From Eubacteriales bacterium (GTDB taxonomy: Bacteria; Bacillota; Clostridia; Oscillospirales; QAKW01): a DNA stretch of 64,000 nt. Below are positions 29,137 through 38,225 of this stretch, one piece after another. The stretch lies in assembly GCA_045544255.1 (NCBI GenBank), contig JAZPYP010000058.1:23520-87519 (forward strand), in the 5' to 3' direction. The stretch's first letter is position 1, and each line of letters begins with the position of its first letter. The notes under the pieces are model-generated. The model did no database searches. It was not told the DNA's origin and saw only the letters and a list, made by a program, of their open reading frames with translations. The position numbers and the translations under genes were made by a program.

Positions 29137-29724
29137 ATGTCTTACCCCATTATTACCATTGCTCGTCAGTATGGCTCCGGCGGTCGCTCCATCGGAGAAA
29201 AGGTGTCCACCCTTTTGAATATTCCCTTTTACGATCGTAAACTGGTAGAATATATTGCAGAAAAAAGCGGTTTTTGCGCCGCAGTTGTGGAGCAGATGTC
29301 TCAAAAGAAGCCTGCAAGCCTTCTCTATGCTCTCTCCGGTGCAACCATTGAGTTTCCGCTGCAGGATCAGGTTTATTTTGCGCAAGCAAAGGTGATCCGC
29401 GAGCTTGGGGAAAAGGGGCCTTGTGTAATCGTAGGCCACTGCGCCGATAGCATCTTGGAAGAAAACCATCGTGTGTTGAAGGTGTTCCTCTATGCCGATG
29501 CTGAAAACCGCGCCCGCCGCTCCAAGGAAGAATATAAAGACGAAGCTAAAAATCATGTTGATTATGTTCGCCGCATGGATAAAAAGCGCAAAGGGCATTA
29601 TGATTATTTCACTCATCGCACATGGGGAAAATCCGAAAACTATGATCTTTGCATCAATACCGATATCGGCCTCGATCTGGTTGCAGATATTATCAGCCGT
29701 GTTGCAAGAGAAATGGAATTTTAA
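29137..29724 (+). CDS. Cytidylate-kinase-like family protein
   Basis: ITIARQYGSGGRSIG, GPCVIVGHCAD and YDLCINT motifs. Confidence 0.8.
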   Translation: MSYPIITIARQYGSGGRSIGEKVSTLLNIPFYDRKLVEYIAEKSGFCAAVVEQMSQKKPASLLYALSGATIEFPLQDQVYFAQAKVIRELGEKGPCVIVGHCADSILEENHRVLKVFLYADAENRARRSKEEYKDEAKNHVDYVRRMDKKRKGHYDYFTHRTWGKSENYDLCINTDIGLDLVADIISRVAREMEF

Positions 29725-29732
29725 TCAAATAT

Positions 29733-29767
29733 AAAAAAGAGAAGGAGCGTTGCTCCTTCTCTTTTTT
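29733..29767. terminator. Bidirectional terminator
   Basis: AAAAAAGAGAAGGAGC-GTT-GCTCCTTCTCTTTTTT. Confidence 0.9.
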
Positions 29768-30245
29768 AGTTTTCGATAAATTCATAAGCAAGGCGGGGAT
29801 CTCCGTTTTCTAAATAGATGATGCCGCAGCGCTTATAGCCATGCTTTTCAACGGTATGCTGCATGATCTTATTATCCTCATGGGTATCGATCCGCAGATG
29901 ATTGATTTTGCTTTTGCAAAATTCGAAGGCCTCTTTGAAAATGCCGCGCTCCTCCTCGGCTCCGGTGATGCGATGAATGGTGCCGTAGGGCGAGGAATCC
30001 AGCCATTCGCCTTCAATATAGTGATATGTGGGATCCTCGCCGATATAGAAATAAAACACGCCGCAAACCTTATTATTTCGCTCTATAGTGAAAAGGCGCT
30101 CCTTTTGAATATCATCTATTAAAAGCTCCTTCGGGAAGGGCTCTGTCCATTGATGAAGATTGCCGGTTTTTCGCATAAAGGCTCTTGCTTTTTCATAAAG
30201 CTCCATGATGATCGGCAGATCCTGCTCAGTTGCTGCTCGAACCAT
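29766..30245 (-). CDS. GNAT family N-acetyltransferase
   Basis: YGTIHRI, LRIDTHEDNKIMQ and GYKRCGII motifs. Confidence 0.85.
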   Translation of the reverse strand: MVRAATEQDLPIIMELYEKARAFMRKTGNLHQWTEPFPKELLIDDIQKERLFTIERNNKVCGVFYFYIGEDPTYHYIEGEWLDSSPYGTIHRITGAEEERGIFKEAFEFCKSKINHLRIDTHEDNKIMQHTVEKHGYKRCGIIYLENGDPRLAYEFIEN

Positions 30246-30656
30246 TTAAGCGCCCTCCTTCTCATAAATGGATAATTCCATCTTATCGGCTTCGATGCGG
30301 TAAAGCGTTTTTCCGCTCTTTTCATAGGAATTCCAAGTTCCGTAAACATACATGATCTTTTCTTCGTCCGGATATTTTAGGCCCTCCGCAAGCTTGATCT
30401 CCAAATATTCGCTGCAGCAGCCGGCAGTATCGGCAATTTCGATCAAATAGTGATCTCCGTCGGCAAAAATGCAGCCTTCTGCGCGAATGGTCTGCCCCAG
30501 ATAATCCTTGGGGTTTGCATTCATGTTGGCAGCCTCGGCATAAGCCATAGAGGGGCTGATAATCTCGCTAACAATCAGGTCGATATCATATTCCGCGTTT
30601 CCGCAGCTGCAAAGGAGCAGCGCGAAGGCCAATAATAAAACTAAAAGTCGCTTCAT
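30246..30656 (-). CDS. Lipoprotein with a CC motif at the end of the metal ABC operon
   Basis: Lipobox-like LLCSC; IADTAGCCSEYLEI; overlaps the permease stop. Confidence 0.65.
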   Translation of the reverse strand: MKRLLVLLLAFALLLCSCGNAEYDIDLIVSEIISPSMAYAEAANMNANPKDYLGQTIRAEGCIFADGDHYLIEIADTAGCCSEYLEIKLAEGLKYPDEEKIMYVYGTWNSYEKSGKTLYRIEADKMELSIYEKEGA

Positions 30657-31501
30657 GATCTTGCTCCTTTCAATTTACCAATGAGGGTGAACAGCAGGAA
30701 GATAACAATATTTACCGCCACAATAGTGGGGCCAACAGGGGTGCCCATCAAGGAAATCATAATTCCAAGGGCCGCCGCAAAAACAGAAATAGTCCCTGCG
30801 CAAAGAATAACCGAAAGGAAATTCTTGAAAACGCGCATAGCAGAAAGGGCAGGGAAAATAATAAGAGCAGAGATGAGCAAGGAGCCCACCAAATTCATGG
30901 CCAAAACAATGACCAAAGCGGTAATGATTGCAATCATCAGGTTATAAAGACCGGCGCGCACTCCTGTGGCAGCGGCAAAGCTTTCATCGAAGGTAACCGC
31001 AAAGATTTGCCGATAGAAAAGAATAAAGAAGAGCAAAACCAGGATCGAAACGCCAATGCAGAGTATTACATCCAGCTTGGTCAGCGTTAAAATCTGATCC
31101 GAACCAAAAAGAGTGGTGCAAACATCCCCGTTGGTATTGGCCGAGGCAGGGAAGAGGCATACCAAAAGGTATCCAAGCCCCATGGAGCTGGAAGAGATCA
31201 TGGCGATGGCCGCATCCCCTTTAATTCTGGTGGATTGGCGGGTGCGAAGCAATAAAATTGCTGTGATAATGGTAATGGGTAAAACAATCAGCATATTGCC
31301 GGAAACATGCAAAACCGTTGCAATGCAAAGGGCGCCGAAGGCAACATGAGAAAGCCCATCGCCGATAAAGGAGAACCGCTTGAGTACAAGGGAAACCCCT
31401 AAAATGGAGGTACATAGCGCAATCAAAATGCCAACTATCATTGCGTTTTGCATCATGGGCTTGGAAAAATAGTAGGCAACTGTTTGGAAAAAGAGATTCA
31501 T
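30653..31501 (-). CDS. Zn/Mn ABC transporter permease (ZnuB-like)
   Basis: FSFIGDGLSHVAFG, LFGSD and VGSLLISAL motifs. Confidence 0.9.
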   Translation of the reverse strand: MNLFFQTVAYYFSKPMMQNAMIVGILIALCTSILGVSLVLKRFSFIGDGLSHVAFGALCIATVLHVSGNMLIVLPITIITAILLLRTRQSTRIKGDAAIAMISSSSMGLGYLLVCLFPASANTNGDVCTTLFGSDQILTLTKLDVILCIGVSILVLLFFILFYRQIFAVTFDESFAAATGVRAGLYNLMIAIITALVIVLAMNLVGSLLISALIIFPALSAMRVFKNFLSVILCAGTISVFAAALGIMISLMGTPVGPTIVAVNIVIFLLFTLIGKLKGARS

Positions 31502-32202
31502 TTCAGCCCACCTCCCAGTTCAATAAATGCTTTTCCGACCGGAGTTTGCAAATAATCCTCGGTGGTGCCGAAGAAGAGGGGCTCGCGGCTGATATGCAGA
31601 ATTTTGGTGGCATAGCGCACTGCCGCGGAAATATCATGGGAAACCATGATGATTGTAATGTTTTCTTCTCGGTTAAGCTTTGCAATCAGTTCGTAGAGCT
31701 CTTGGGTAACCAAGGGATCCAAGCCCGCTACCGGCTCATCTAAAAGAATCATATCCTGCGCCGCCGAAAGGGCTCTTGCCAAAAGAACGCGCTGCTGCTG
31801 CCCGCCGGAAAGCTCGCGATAGCAGCGGTTTTGCAGCTCTAAAATGCCCATTCGCTCCATATTGCGCCGCGCAAGTTCCTTTTCTGCCTTTGTATAAAAA
31901 GGGCGCAGACCGCCGCGGTTTAGGCAACCGGATAAAACCACTTCCTTTACCGAGGCGGGAAAATCCTTTTGGATCAATGTCTGCTGGGGAAGATAACCGA
32001 TCTGCTTGCGATCGGCAAAGTGGATTGCGCCCCCCAAAGGCTTCAGCAGGTTTAAAAGGGTTTTCATCAAGGTGGTTTTGCCGGAACCGTTTTCGCCGAC
32101 AATGCAGAGGTAATCTCCTTTTTCAACATGGAAATTCAGATTCTCTGCAATAACCTTGCCCTCATAGCCAAGGGATAAATCTTTAATAAGCAGTTGTGTC
32201 AT
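31498..32202 (-). CDS. Zn/Mn ABC transporter ATPase (ZnuC-like)
   Basis: GENGSGKTT, YLPQQ, LSGGQQQR, LDEP and VSHD motifs. Confidence 0.92.
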   Translation of the reverse strand: MTQLLIKDLSLGYEGKVIAENLNFHVEKGDYLCIVGENGSGKTTLMKTLLNLLKPLGGAIHFADRKQIGYLPQQTLIQKDFPASVKEVVLSGCLNRGGLRPFYTKAEKELARRNMERMGILELQNRCYRELSGGQQQRVLLARALSAAQDMILLDEPVAGLDPLVTQELYELIAKLNREENITIIMVSHDISAAVRYATKILHISREPLFFGTTEDYLQTPVGKAFIELGGGLK

Positions 32203-33155
32203 CAATTTGCTCCTAATGCTAATTTTAAGGTCTTATAATTTTTTTCCATCAGATCAAGATAAGCGGCGCCTTCTTCAATCTGCTTTATCGTTACCGATTG
32301 AATGGAATTAAGAGTAAGGATTTTGCCGGATTTTTCTTTGCTGTTGTTGATAACCGATTGGGCAACGCTTTGATTGGCGCTTTCTGTTACCAAAAGATAG
32401 GGGAGTTTTAAGTCATCCAGCGTTTCCGATAAATGGGCGATGGTTTTAAAGCTCGCTTGGGTTTCGGTTGAGCAACCCTCAAAAGCGGCCTCGTAAGAAA
32501 GCCCATAATCACTGGTTAAATATAAGAAGGGGAAGCGATCGGGCACCAAAAGGGTTTTATATTTTGCCCTTGCAACCATATTCTCAAATTTTTTATCCAA
32601 TTCATGGAGTTTACCGCAATAGTTTTTGGCGTTGCTTTTATAAATCTCTTTATTTTCGGGATCAAGTTCTCCAAGCGCATCGGCGATCTTTTGCGAGATC
32701 AGCTCGGCGCGCTTAAGAGAGAGCCAGATATGCTCGTCGCATTCATCAATTTCGTGGTCATGAGCATCATTTTCCTCATGCTGATGCGCAGAGCAAAGGG
32801 GATTGGTATCTAAAAGCTTGATGGTTTTTCGATTTTTGTTAATTGGATCCTTTAGCGCATTTTCAGCCCACTGGTCCGAAACCCCGCCCACATAGATGAA
32901 GAGATCGCATTCCGAAATATTCATCAGATCCTCTGCAGTGGCCTGATAATTATGAAGATCAGCCCCGTTATCCATTAGTAAGGTAAGGGTATTATTTTCA
33001 AGCTCTTCTCCCAAAATATTGCGCACCCAATCATATTGAGGAAAAACAGTGCAAATGATATGCATTCCTTTTGTTTGCCCCGGTAAGGATCCGCAGCCTG
33101 CAAGAGAAAGAAGCAGAATAAAAGCAATAATTCCTGCTAAAATTTTTCGTTTCAT
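32202..33155 (-). CDS. Zn/Mn ABC transporter substrate-binding lipoprotein (ZnuA/AdcA-like)
   Basis: Lipobox LAGC; DLHNY, His-rich HQHEENDAHDH loop, DEHIWLS. Confidence 0.88.
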   Translation of the reverse strand: MKRKILAGIIAFILLLSLAGCGSLPGQTKGMHIICTVFPQYDWVRNILGEELENNTLTLLMDNGADLHNYQATAEDLMNISECDLFIYVGGVSDQWAENALKDPINKNRKTIKLLDTNPLCSAHQHEENDAHDHEIDECDEHIWLSLKRAELISQKIADALGELDPENKEIYKSNAKNYCGKLHELDKKFENMVARAKYKTLLVPDRFPFLYLTSDYGLSYEAAFEGCSTETQASFKTIAHLSETLDDLKLPYLLVTESANQSVAQSVINNSKEKSGKILTLNSIQSVTIKQIEEGAAYLDLMEKNYKTLKLALGAN

Positions 33156-33565
33156 GAATTGGCCTCCTTTCTGCACCCGCCGCATCGGCCATAAAGGATG
33201 GTTTTATGGCCATCTACCCAAAATTGAAATCCTGCATTGATTTCTTGCAGAAGCAAGCGGGAAGCTTCGTTGTTCATATGAATTAGTTTGCCGCAATCTG
33301 TGCATTGCAGGTGGAGATGCTCATGGCAATGGTGCTCCATAAATTGATAATAATTGCAATGGGATCCATCGGTTTCGAAGCGGCGGATCATGCCTTCCTC
33401 TGCAAGGCGCGGAAGAAGGCGGTAAACAGTGCTTTTTCCCGGCGCTTCGGATTGATATTTTTGGCGCAGGGCATCTGCCAGCTCGTCGGCGGAATAGCTT
33501 CTTTGAGGATTTTCCTGCAGAAGGGCTAAAATCAGTTGCCGCTGCTTTGTTTGATAATGCTTCAT
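33152..33565 (-). CDS. Fur-family transcriptional regulator (probably Zur-like)
   Basis: TKQRQLIL, GKSTVYRLL, HEHLHLQCTDCG and CGGC motifs; first gene of the metal ABC operon. Confidence 0.88.
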   Translation of the reverse strand: MKHYQTKQRQLILALLQENPQRSYSADELADALRQKYQSEAPGKSTVYRLLPRLAEEGMIRRFETDGSHCNYYQFMEHHCHEHLHLQCTDCGKLIHMNNEASRLLLQEINAGFQFWVDGHKTILYGRCGGCRKEANS

Positions 33566-33579
33566 AATTTCCTCCAAAT

Positions 33580-33630
33580 TGAGAATAGTTCTCATATTGA
33601 GAGTATAGTCTATTTATTATGGGATGTCAA
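33580..33630 (-). promoter_or_regulatory. Promoter and Fur/Zur-type operator of the metal ABC operon
   Basis: TTGACA-17-TATACT (33630-33602); palindrome TGAGAA-N3-TTCTCA (33580-33594) just past the start site. Confidence 0.7.
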
Positions 33631-33691
33631 GAAAAATAAAAAATAAAAAGGATATCATATTTGAATAATCAGTTAAATTTTGCCCTTATGC

Positions 33692-33720
33692 TTGCATTCG
33701 GTGCATTATTTGTATATAAT
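33692..33720 (+). promoter_or_regulatory. sigmaA promoter of the dehydrogenase/epimerase pair
   Basis: TTGCAT-17-TATAAT. Confidence 0.7.
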
Positions 33721-33749
33721 AAAAGAAAAAATCGAATGAGGAAGATAGA

Positions 33750-34754
33750 ATGCAAGAAAAAATGAAAGCCGCAAATCTCCATGGAATTATGGATCTGCGG
33801 TATGAAGATATTGATAAACCTAAATGTGAAAAAGAAGAAGTGCTTGTTGCGCTGAAAAGCTGCGGCGTTTGCGGCAGCGATGTTCCCAGAGTTTATTCAA
33901 AGGGAACCTATCATTTTCCAACTGTGATCGGCCATGAATTTTCCGGTCTTGTTGTGGAGGATGAAAGCGGAGAATGGCTCGGGAAGCGAGTGGCAGTTTT
34001 TCCGCTTCTTCCATGCTTTGAGTGTGAGAGTTGCAAAGGGCAAAACTATGCAACCTGCAGCAACTATGATTATTATGGTTCCCGCAGAGATGGCGGTATG
34101 GCTGAATATCTGGCGGTCAAAAAATGGAATTTGATCGAGCTTCCCGATTCTCTTAGCTTCGATGAGGCGGCTATGTGCGAGCCGGTTTCGGTGGGGCGCC
34201 ATGCCATCGGCAAATTGGAGATCAAGGAGGGGGAAAACCTTTTGATCTCCGGTGCGGGCCCGATCGGGTTGATTGCAGGTCAATGGGCAAAGCTCTATGG
34301 CGCAAAAGATGTTTATTATTTTGATATTGATGAGCGCAAGATCGATTTCGCAAAGGAAATGGGCTTCAAGGCATATACCGGCGCGGAGAAGATCGATTGC
34401 GTGCTGGAGGGCACCGGCCATGGTGCTGCCCTTGCTAAATGCCTTGCGGCCATTAAGCCCTTTGGCAAAATGGTGCTGATGGGCAATCCTGCAGGCGAGG
34501 TCGCGCTTTCCCAAGAAACCTATTGGCATATTTTGCGCAAAGAATTAAAGATTTATGGTACTTGGAATTCTTCTTATAGTGAAATGCAAAATGATTGGAA
34601 GGAAAGCATTAAAGCCATTGCCGAGGGAAAGCTGAATGTGAAGCCTTTGATTACCCATAAATTTCCTTTGGAGCAAGTTCATGAAGCCTTTGAACTGATG
34701 AAGGAGCGCAAGGAATTCTTCAATAAGGTTATGCTGAATATGAATGAGGATTAA
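33750..34754 (+). CDS. Zn-dependent alditol-phosphate dehydrogenase (galactitol-1-P 5-dehydrogenase-like)
   Basis: CGSD, GHEFSG, four-Cys structural Zn site, GAGPIG and FDID motifs. Confidence 0.8.
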   Translation: MQEKMKAANLHGIMDLRYEDIDKPKCEKEEVLVALKSCGVCGSDVPRVYSKGTYHFPTVIGHEFSGLVVEDESGEWLGKRVAVFPLLPCFECESCKGQNYATCSNYDYYGSRRDGGMAEYLAVKKWNLIELPDSLSFDEAAMCEPVSVGRHAIGKLEIKEGENLLISGAGPIGLIAGQWAKLYGAKDVYYFDIDERKIDFAKEMGFKAYTGAEKIDCVLEGTGHGAALAKCLAAIKPFGKMVLMGNPAGEVALSQETYWHILRKELKIYGTWNSSYSEMQNDWKESIKAIAEGKLNVKPLITHKFPLEQVHEAFELMKERKEFFNKVMLNMNED

Positions 34755-34757
34755 AAA

Positions 34758-35423
34758 ATGAAAAATCAGATTTCTCCTTCCATTATGTGTGTCGATTTCT
34801 TTGATTTGGAGCAAAGTATTCGCGCATTTGAAAGAGCGGGAATTGAGTATATCCATGTTGATATCATGGATGGCCAATTTGTTCCGAATTTCACTCTTGG
34901 CACCGATTTTATCAATCAGTTAAAAAAGCATACAAAGATTCCCTTGGACATTCATTTGATGATCGAAAATCCCGAAGAGAAGCTCTCTTGGTTTTCCTTT
35001 GGAGAAGGAGACTATGTGGGGATTCATTATGAATCGACCGATCATTTTAAAAAAGCGCTTTCCATGATCCGTGAGCGGGGGGCAAAAGCGATGGCTGTTC
35101 TGAGTCCGGCTACTCCTTTCAATGTTTTGGAGGATTCCCTTGATCTTCTCGATGGGGTTTTGATTATGACGGTGAACCCCGGTTTTGCCGGCCAAAAAAT
35201 GATCGAGAGCACTTTGCCGAAAATTTCGGAGCTTAGAAGATATCTTGATGAGCGGGGCTATTCTCATATTGAGATCGAATGCGATGGAAATGTAAGCTTT
35301 GAAAATGCAAAGCGGATGAGGGATGCAGGCGCCAATATCTTTGTTGGCGGCAGCTCTTCGGTTTTTTCAAAGGATGGCTCCATTGAAGAAAATATTGCAA
35401 AGCTTCGCAAAATAATCGAATAA
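34758..35423 (+). CDS. Ribulose-phosphate 3-epimerase family protein (AlsE/Rpe-like)
   Basis: ISPSIMC, IHVDIMDGQFVPN, DIHLM, MTVNPGFAGQ and ECDGNV motifs. Confidence 0.88.
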   Translation: MKNQISPSIMCVDFFDLEQSIRAFERAGIEYIHVDIMDGQFVPNFTLGTDFINQLKKHTKIPLDIHLMIENPEEKLSWFSFGEGDYVGIHYESTDHFKKALSMIRERGAKAMAVLSPATPFNVLEDSLDLLDGVLIMTVNPGFAGQKMIESTLPKISELRRYLDERGYSHIEIECDGNVSFENAKRMRDAGANIFVGGSSSVFSKDGSIEENIAKLRKIIE

Positions 35424-35453
35424 AAAAGAGAGATGCATCGCATCTCTCTTTTT
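35422..35453. terminator. Bidirectional terminator
   Basis: AAAAAAGAGAGATGC-ATC-GCATCTCTCTTTTT. Confidence 0.85.
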
Positions 35454-35474
35454 ATATGGTGAAATTCTCCCTTT

Positions 35475-35930
35475 TTAATAATAAAGCTGATCCTCGGTCC
35501 AATTCTCCAGAACTTTGACCATATCGGCAGCATCGGCCTTGGCGCCTGAAAGATCATGCTCCAAATAGTTGCCGCATTCCTTTTTGCCGACTCCGGGAAC
35601 CTCTCCCTCAAAATCGGCGGCAAAAGCAAAGGCATCGCGCACCAACTGAATGGCATCATTATAAGAAACCGTATCTCTTAAAAGCAGATAAAAACCGGTG
35701 CGGCATCCCATGGGCCCAACATAGACCACTTCATTTTCAAATTTACTGTTCCGCGCAAAGGTGGCGAAAAGATGCTCGAAGGTATGCATGGCTCCGTTTT
35801 GCAGGTAATCGCCGCCATTTGGCTTTCTCATGCGAATATCATAGGTTACAACATCTCCGTCCTTTCTGGAGATATACATTCCCTTTTCCAGTTTATTATG
35901 ATCAACCGTAAAACTTGCGATTGTTTTCAT
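35475..35930 (-). CDS. luxS: S-ribosylhomocysteine lyase LuxS
   Basis: IASFTVDH, HTFEH, GPMGCRTGFY and CGNY motifs. Confidence 0.93.
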   Translation of the reverse strand: MKTIASFTVDHNKLEKGMYISRKDGDVVTYDIRMRKPNGGDYLQNGAMHTFEHLFATFARNSKFENEVVYVGPMGCRTGFYLLLRDTVSYNDAIQLVRDAFAFAADFEGEVPGVGKKECGNYLEHDLSGAKADAADMVKVLENWTEDQLYY

Positions 35931-36059
35931 GGCTTGCCCTCGTTTCTGTAATTTTTCAATATTTTATCAGTTTTTTTCAAAAAAATCAATCTAAAGAATA
36001 AATCTCCTATGCAAATGCCAAAATATATGCAGAATATTTTAGCAAGGAGGTTAAAACCG

Positions 36060-37367
36060 ATGAAACGGTTTTTAGCAGTTATTTGTATTTTGATTTTGTC
36101 CCTTGGGCTTTTCTCTTGCCAAAGAATGGAAACAGGGGAAGGGGAGGTCTATTACCTGAATTTTAAGCCGGAGCAAGATAAGCAATGGCAGGCCTTGGCC
36201 GATGCTTATACCAAGGAAACAGGAGTGAAGGTAACGGTGGTTACCGCTGCGGCAGGCACTTATGAAGATACTCTCTCCGCCGAGGTTGTTAAAAGCAATC
36301 CGCCAACGCTCTTTCAGGTAAATGGTCCTATGGGCCTTGCGGGGTGGAAAAATTATTGCTATGATCTTTCCGATACTGCTCTTTACGAGCAACTGACCGA
36401 TGATGATTTTGCGCTGGAGATTGATGATAAGGTGGTCGGTGTTGCTTATGCAATTGAAACCTTTGGTATCATTTATAATAAAGCTCTTTTGAATAAATAT
36501 TTTGCTTTAGCTGATGCAAAAATCAAATCTCTTGATGAAGTTAAGGGCTTTGAATCCTTCAAAACGATGGTTGAGGATATCCAAAGCAAGAAGGAGGCTC
36601 TTGGCATAAAAGGTGCGTTTACCTCTGCGGGCATGGATTCCTCCTCCGATTGGCGCTTTAAAGGCCATCTTGCCAATCTTCCGATCTATTATGAATATAT
36701 GGAAAATGATATCGATAAAACGGATGCTATTAAAGGCGAATTTTTAGATGGATTTCGCCGAATCTGGGATCTTTATCTTACCAATTCCACTGTGGAACCC
36801 GCAGCCATCGGCGCAAAAACCGGCGATGATGCGTTGAATGAATTTAATAATGGTGAAGCGATCTTTTATCAAAACGGCACTTGGGCATGGAATGAAACCA
36901 TGGAAGAGAAGATCGGCGCCGAAAATGTTGGAATGCTGCCTATTTATATCGGGGCTGATGGAGAGGAAGGCCAAGGCCTTTGCACCGGCAGCGAAAATTA
37001 TTGGTGTGTAAATGCCAAGGCAAGCGAGCAGGATATTCAGGTAACCCTTGATTTTCTGGAATGGGTGGTTACCAGCGAGGAGGGAACCACTGCTTTGGCA
37101 GAAGAGATGGGATTTGTGAGCCCCTTTAAGAAGGCGAAAAAATCCGATAATCCCTTAATTCAGGCTGCCGATGATGATCTTGCCGCAGGGCGGGAACCGG
37201 TGGATTGGAGCTTTTCCACTATCCCCGGTGAAAATTGGAAGGATGGAGTTGGCGCCGCGCTTTTGGCCTATGCCCAAGGTGATCGCACCGATGCCCTTTG
37301 GGAAGAGGTGAAAAATGCATTTGTTGGCGGTTGGTCTAAAGAATATAGCGCCAACTATGGAGGATAA
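36060..37367 (+). CDS. Sugar ABC transporter substrate-binding lipoprotein (MsmE/raffinose-melibiose type)
   Basis: Lipobox LFSC; YYLNFKPEQ, TLFQVNGP, SSDWRF, FYQNGTW; AAGGAGG RBS before ATG 36060. Confidence 0.82.
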   Translation: MKRFLAVICILILSLGLFSCQRMETGEGEVYYLNFKPEQDKQWQALADAYTKETGVKVTVVTAAAGTYEDTLSAEVVKSNPPTLFQVNGPMGLAGWKNYCYDLSDTALYEQLTDDDFALEIDDKVVGVAYAIETFGIIYNKALLNKYFALADAKIKSLDEVKGFESFKTMVEDIQSKKEALGIKGAFTSAGMDSSSDWRFKGHLANLPIYYEYMENDIDKTDAIKGEFLDGFRRIWDLYLTNSTVEPAAIGAKTGDDALNEFNNGEAIFYQNGTWAWNETMEEKIGAENVGMLPIYIGADGEEGQGLCTGSENYWCVNAKASEQDIQVTLDFLEWVVTSEEGTTALAEEMGFVSPFKKAKKSDNPLIQAADDDLAAGREPVDWSFSTIPGENWKDGVGAALLAYAQGDRTDALWEEVKNAFVGGWSKEYSANYGG

Positions 37368-37370
37368 AGA

Positions 37371-38225
37371 GTGAATAATAAAACCCTCGGCAGGTGGTTT
37401 CCGCTCTTCCTTTTGCCAACCCTGATTGCTTTTATTATGGGGTTTGTGGTGCCCTTCTTCATGGGGATATGGCTATCCTTTTGCGAATATGGCACAATCG
37501 AGGATCCCACCTTTGTTGGTTTTTCAAATTATCTTCGCGTTTTTACTGCCGATAGCGGATTTTGGTCCTCTTTTGCTTTCACCGCAGTTTTCACTCTGCT
37601 TTCCGTTGTGGTGATAAATGTTTTAGCCTTTTTGGTAGCATTAGGGCTCACCCGTGGAATTCGCGGTACTAATTTATTCCGCACCGTTTTCTTTATGCCC
37701 AATTTAATTGGTGGAATTGTTCTTGGCTATATCTGGAAGATGCTGATCAATTATGGAATTTTAATTCCTCTTTTCGGCAAGGATCTTTCTTATAGCACTT
37801 CCTATGGTTTTTGGGGGCTTTTGGCGGTGGTGGCATGGCAGCAAATCGGCTATATGATGATCATTTTCGTCAGCGGCCTCCAATCGGTGCCGGAGGAACT
37901 GATCGAAGCCTCCCGCATCGATGGGGCCACCCGATGGCAAACTTTAAAGAATGTAACCATTCCGATGGTGATGCCTTCTATTACCATCTGTGTATTCCTG
38001 ACTTTAACCAATTCTTTTAAATTATATGACCAAAATCTGGCGCTCACAGACGGGAAACCGGGGCGTACAACCGAAATGCTGGCCATGGCTATTCGGAATG
38101 CCTATGGCACTACTCCTCGCGCCCATGGCACCGCGCAGGCAATGGCGGTGATCTTTTTCCTGATTGTGGCTGCAGTGGCGCTTTTGCAGCTTTGGTCCAC
38201 CCATCGAAAGGAGGTGCGCCGATGA
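37371..38225 (+). CDS. Sugar ABC transporter permease (MsmF-like)
   Basis: FFMPNLIGGIVLG and EAA-type loop LIEASRIDGA. Confidence 0.9.
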   Translation: MNNKTLGRWFPLFLLPTLIAFIMGFVVPFFMGIWLSFCEYGTIEDPTFVGFSNYLRVFTADSGFWSSFAFTAVFTLLSVVVINVLAFLVALGLTRGIRGTNLFRTVFFMPNLIGGIVLGYIWKMLINYGILIPLFGKDLSYSTSYGFWGLLAVVAWQQIGYMMIIFVSGLQSVPEELIEASRIDGATRWQTLKNVTIPMVMPSITICVFLTLTNSFKLYDQNLALTDGKPGRTTEMLAMAIRNAYGTTPRAHGTAQAMAVIFFLIVAAVALLQLWSTHRKEVRR

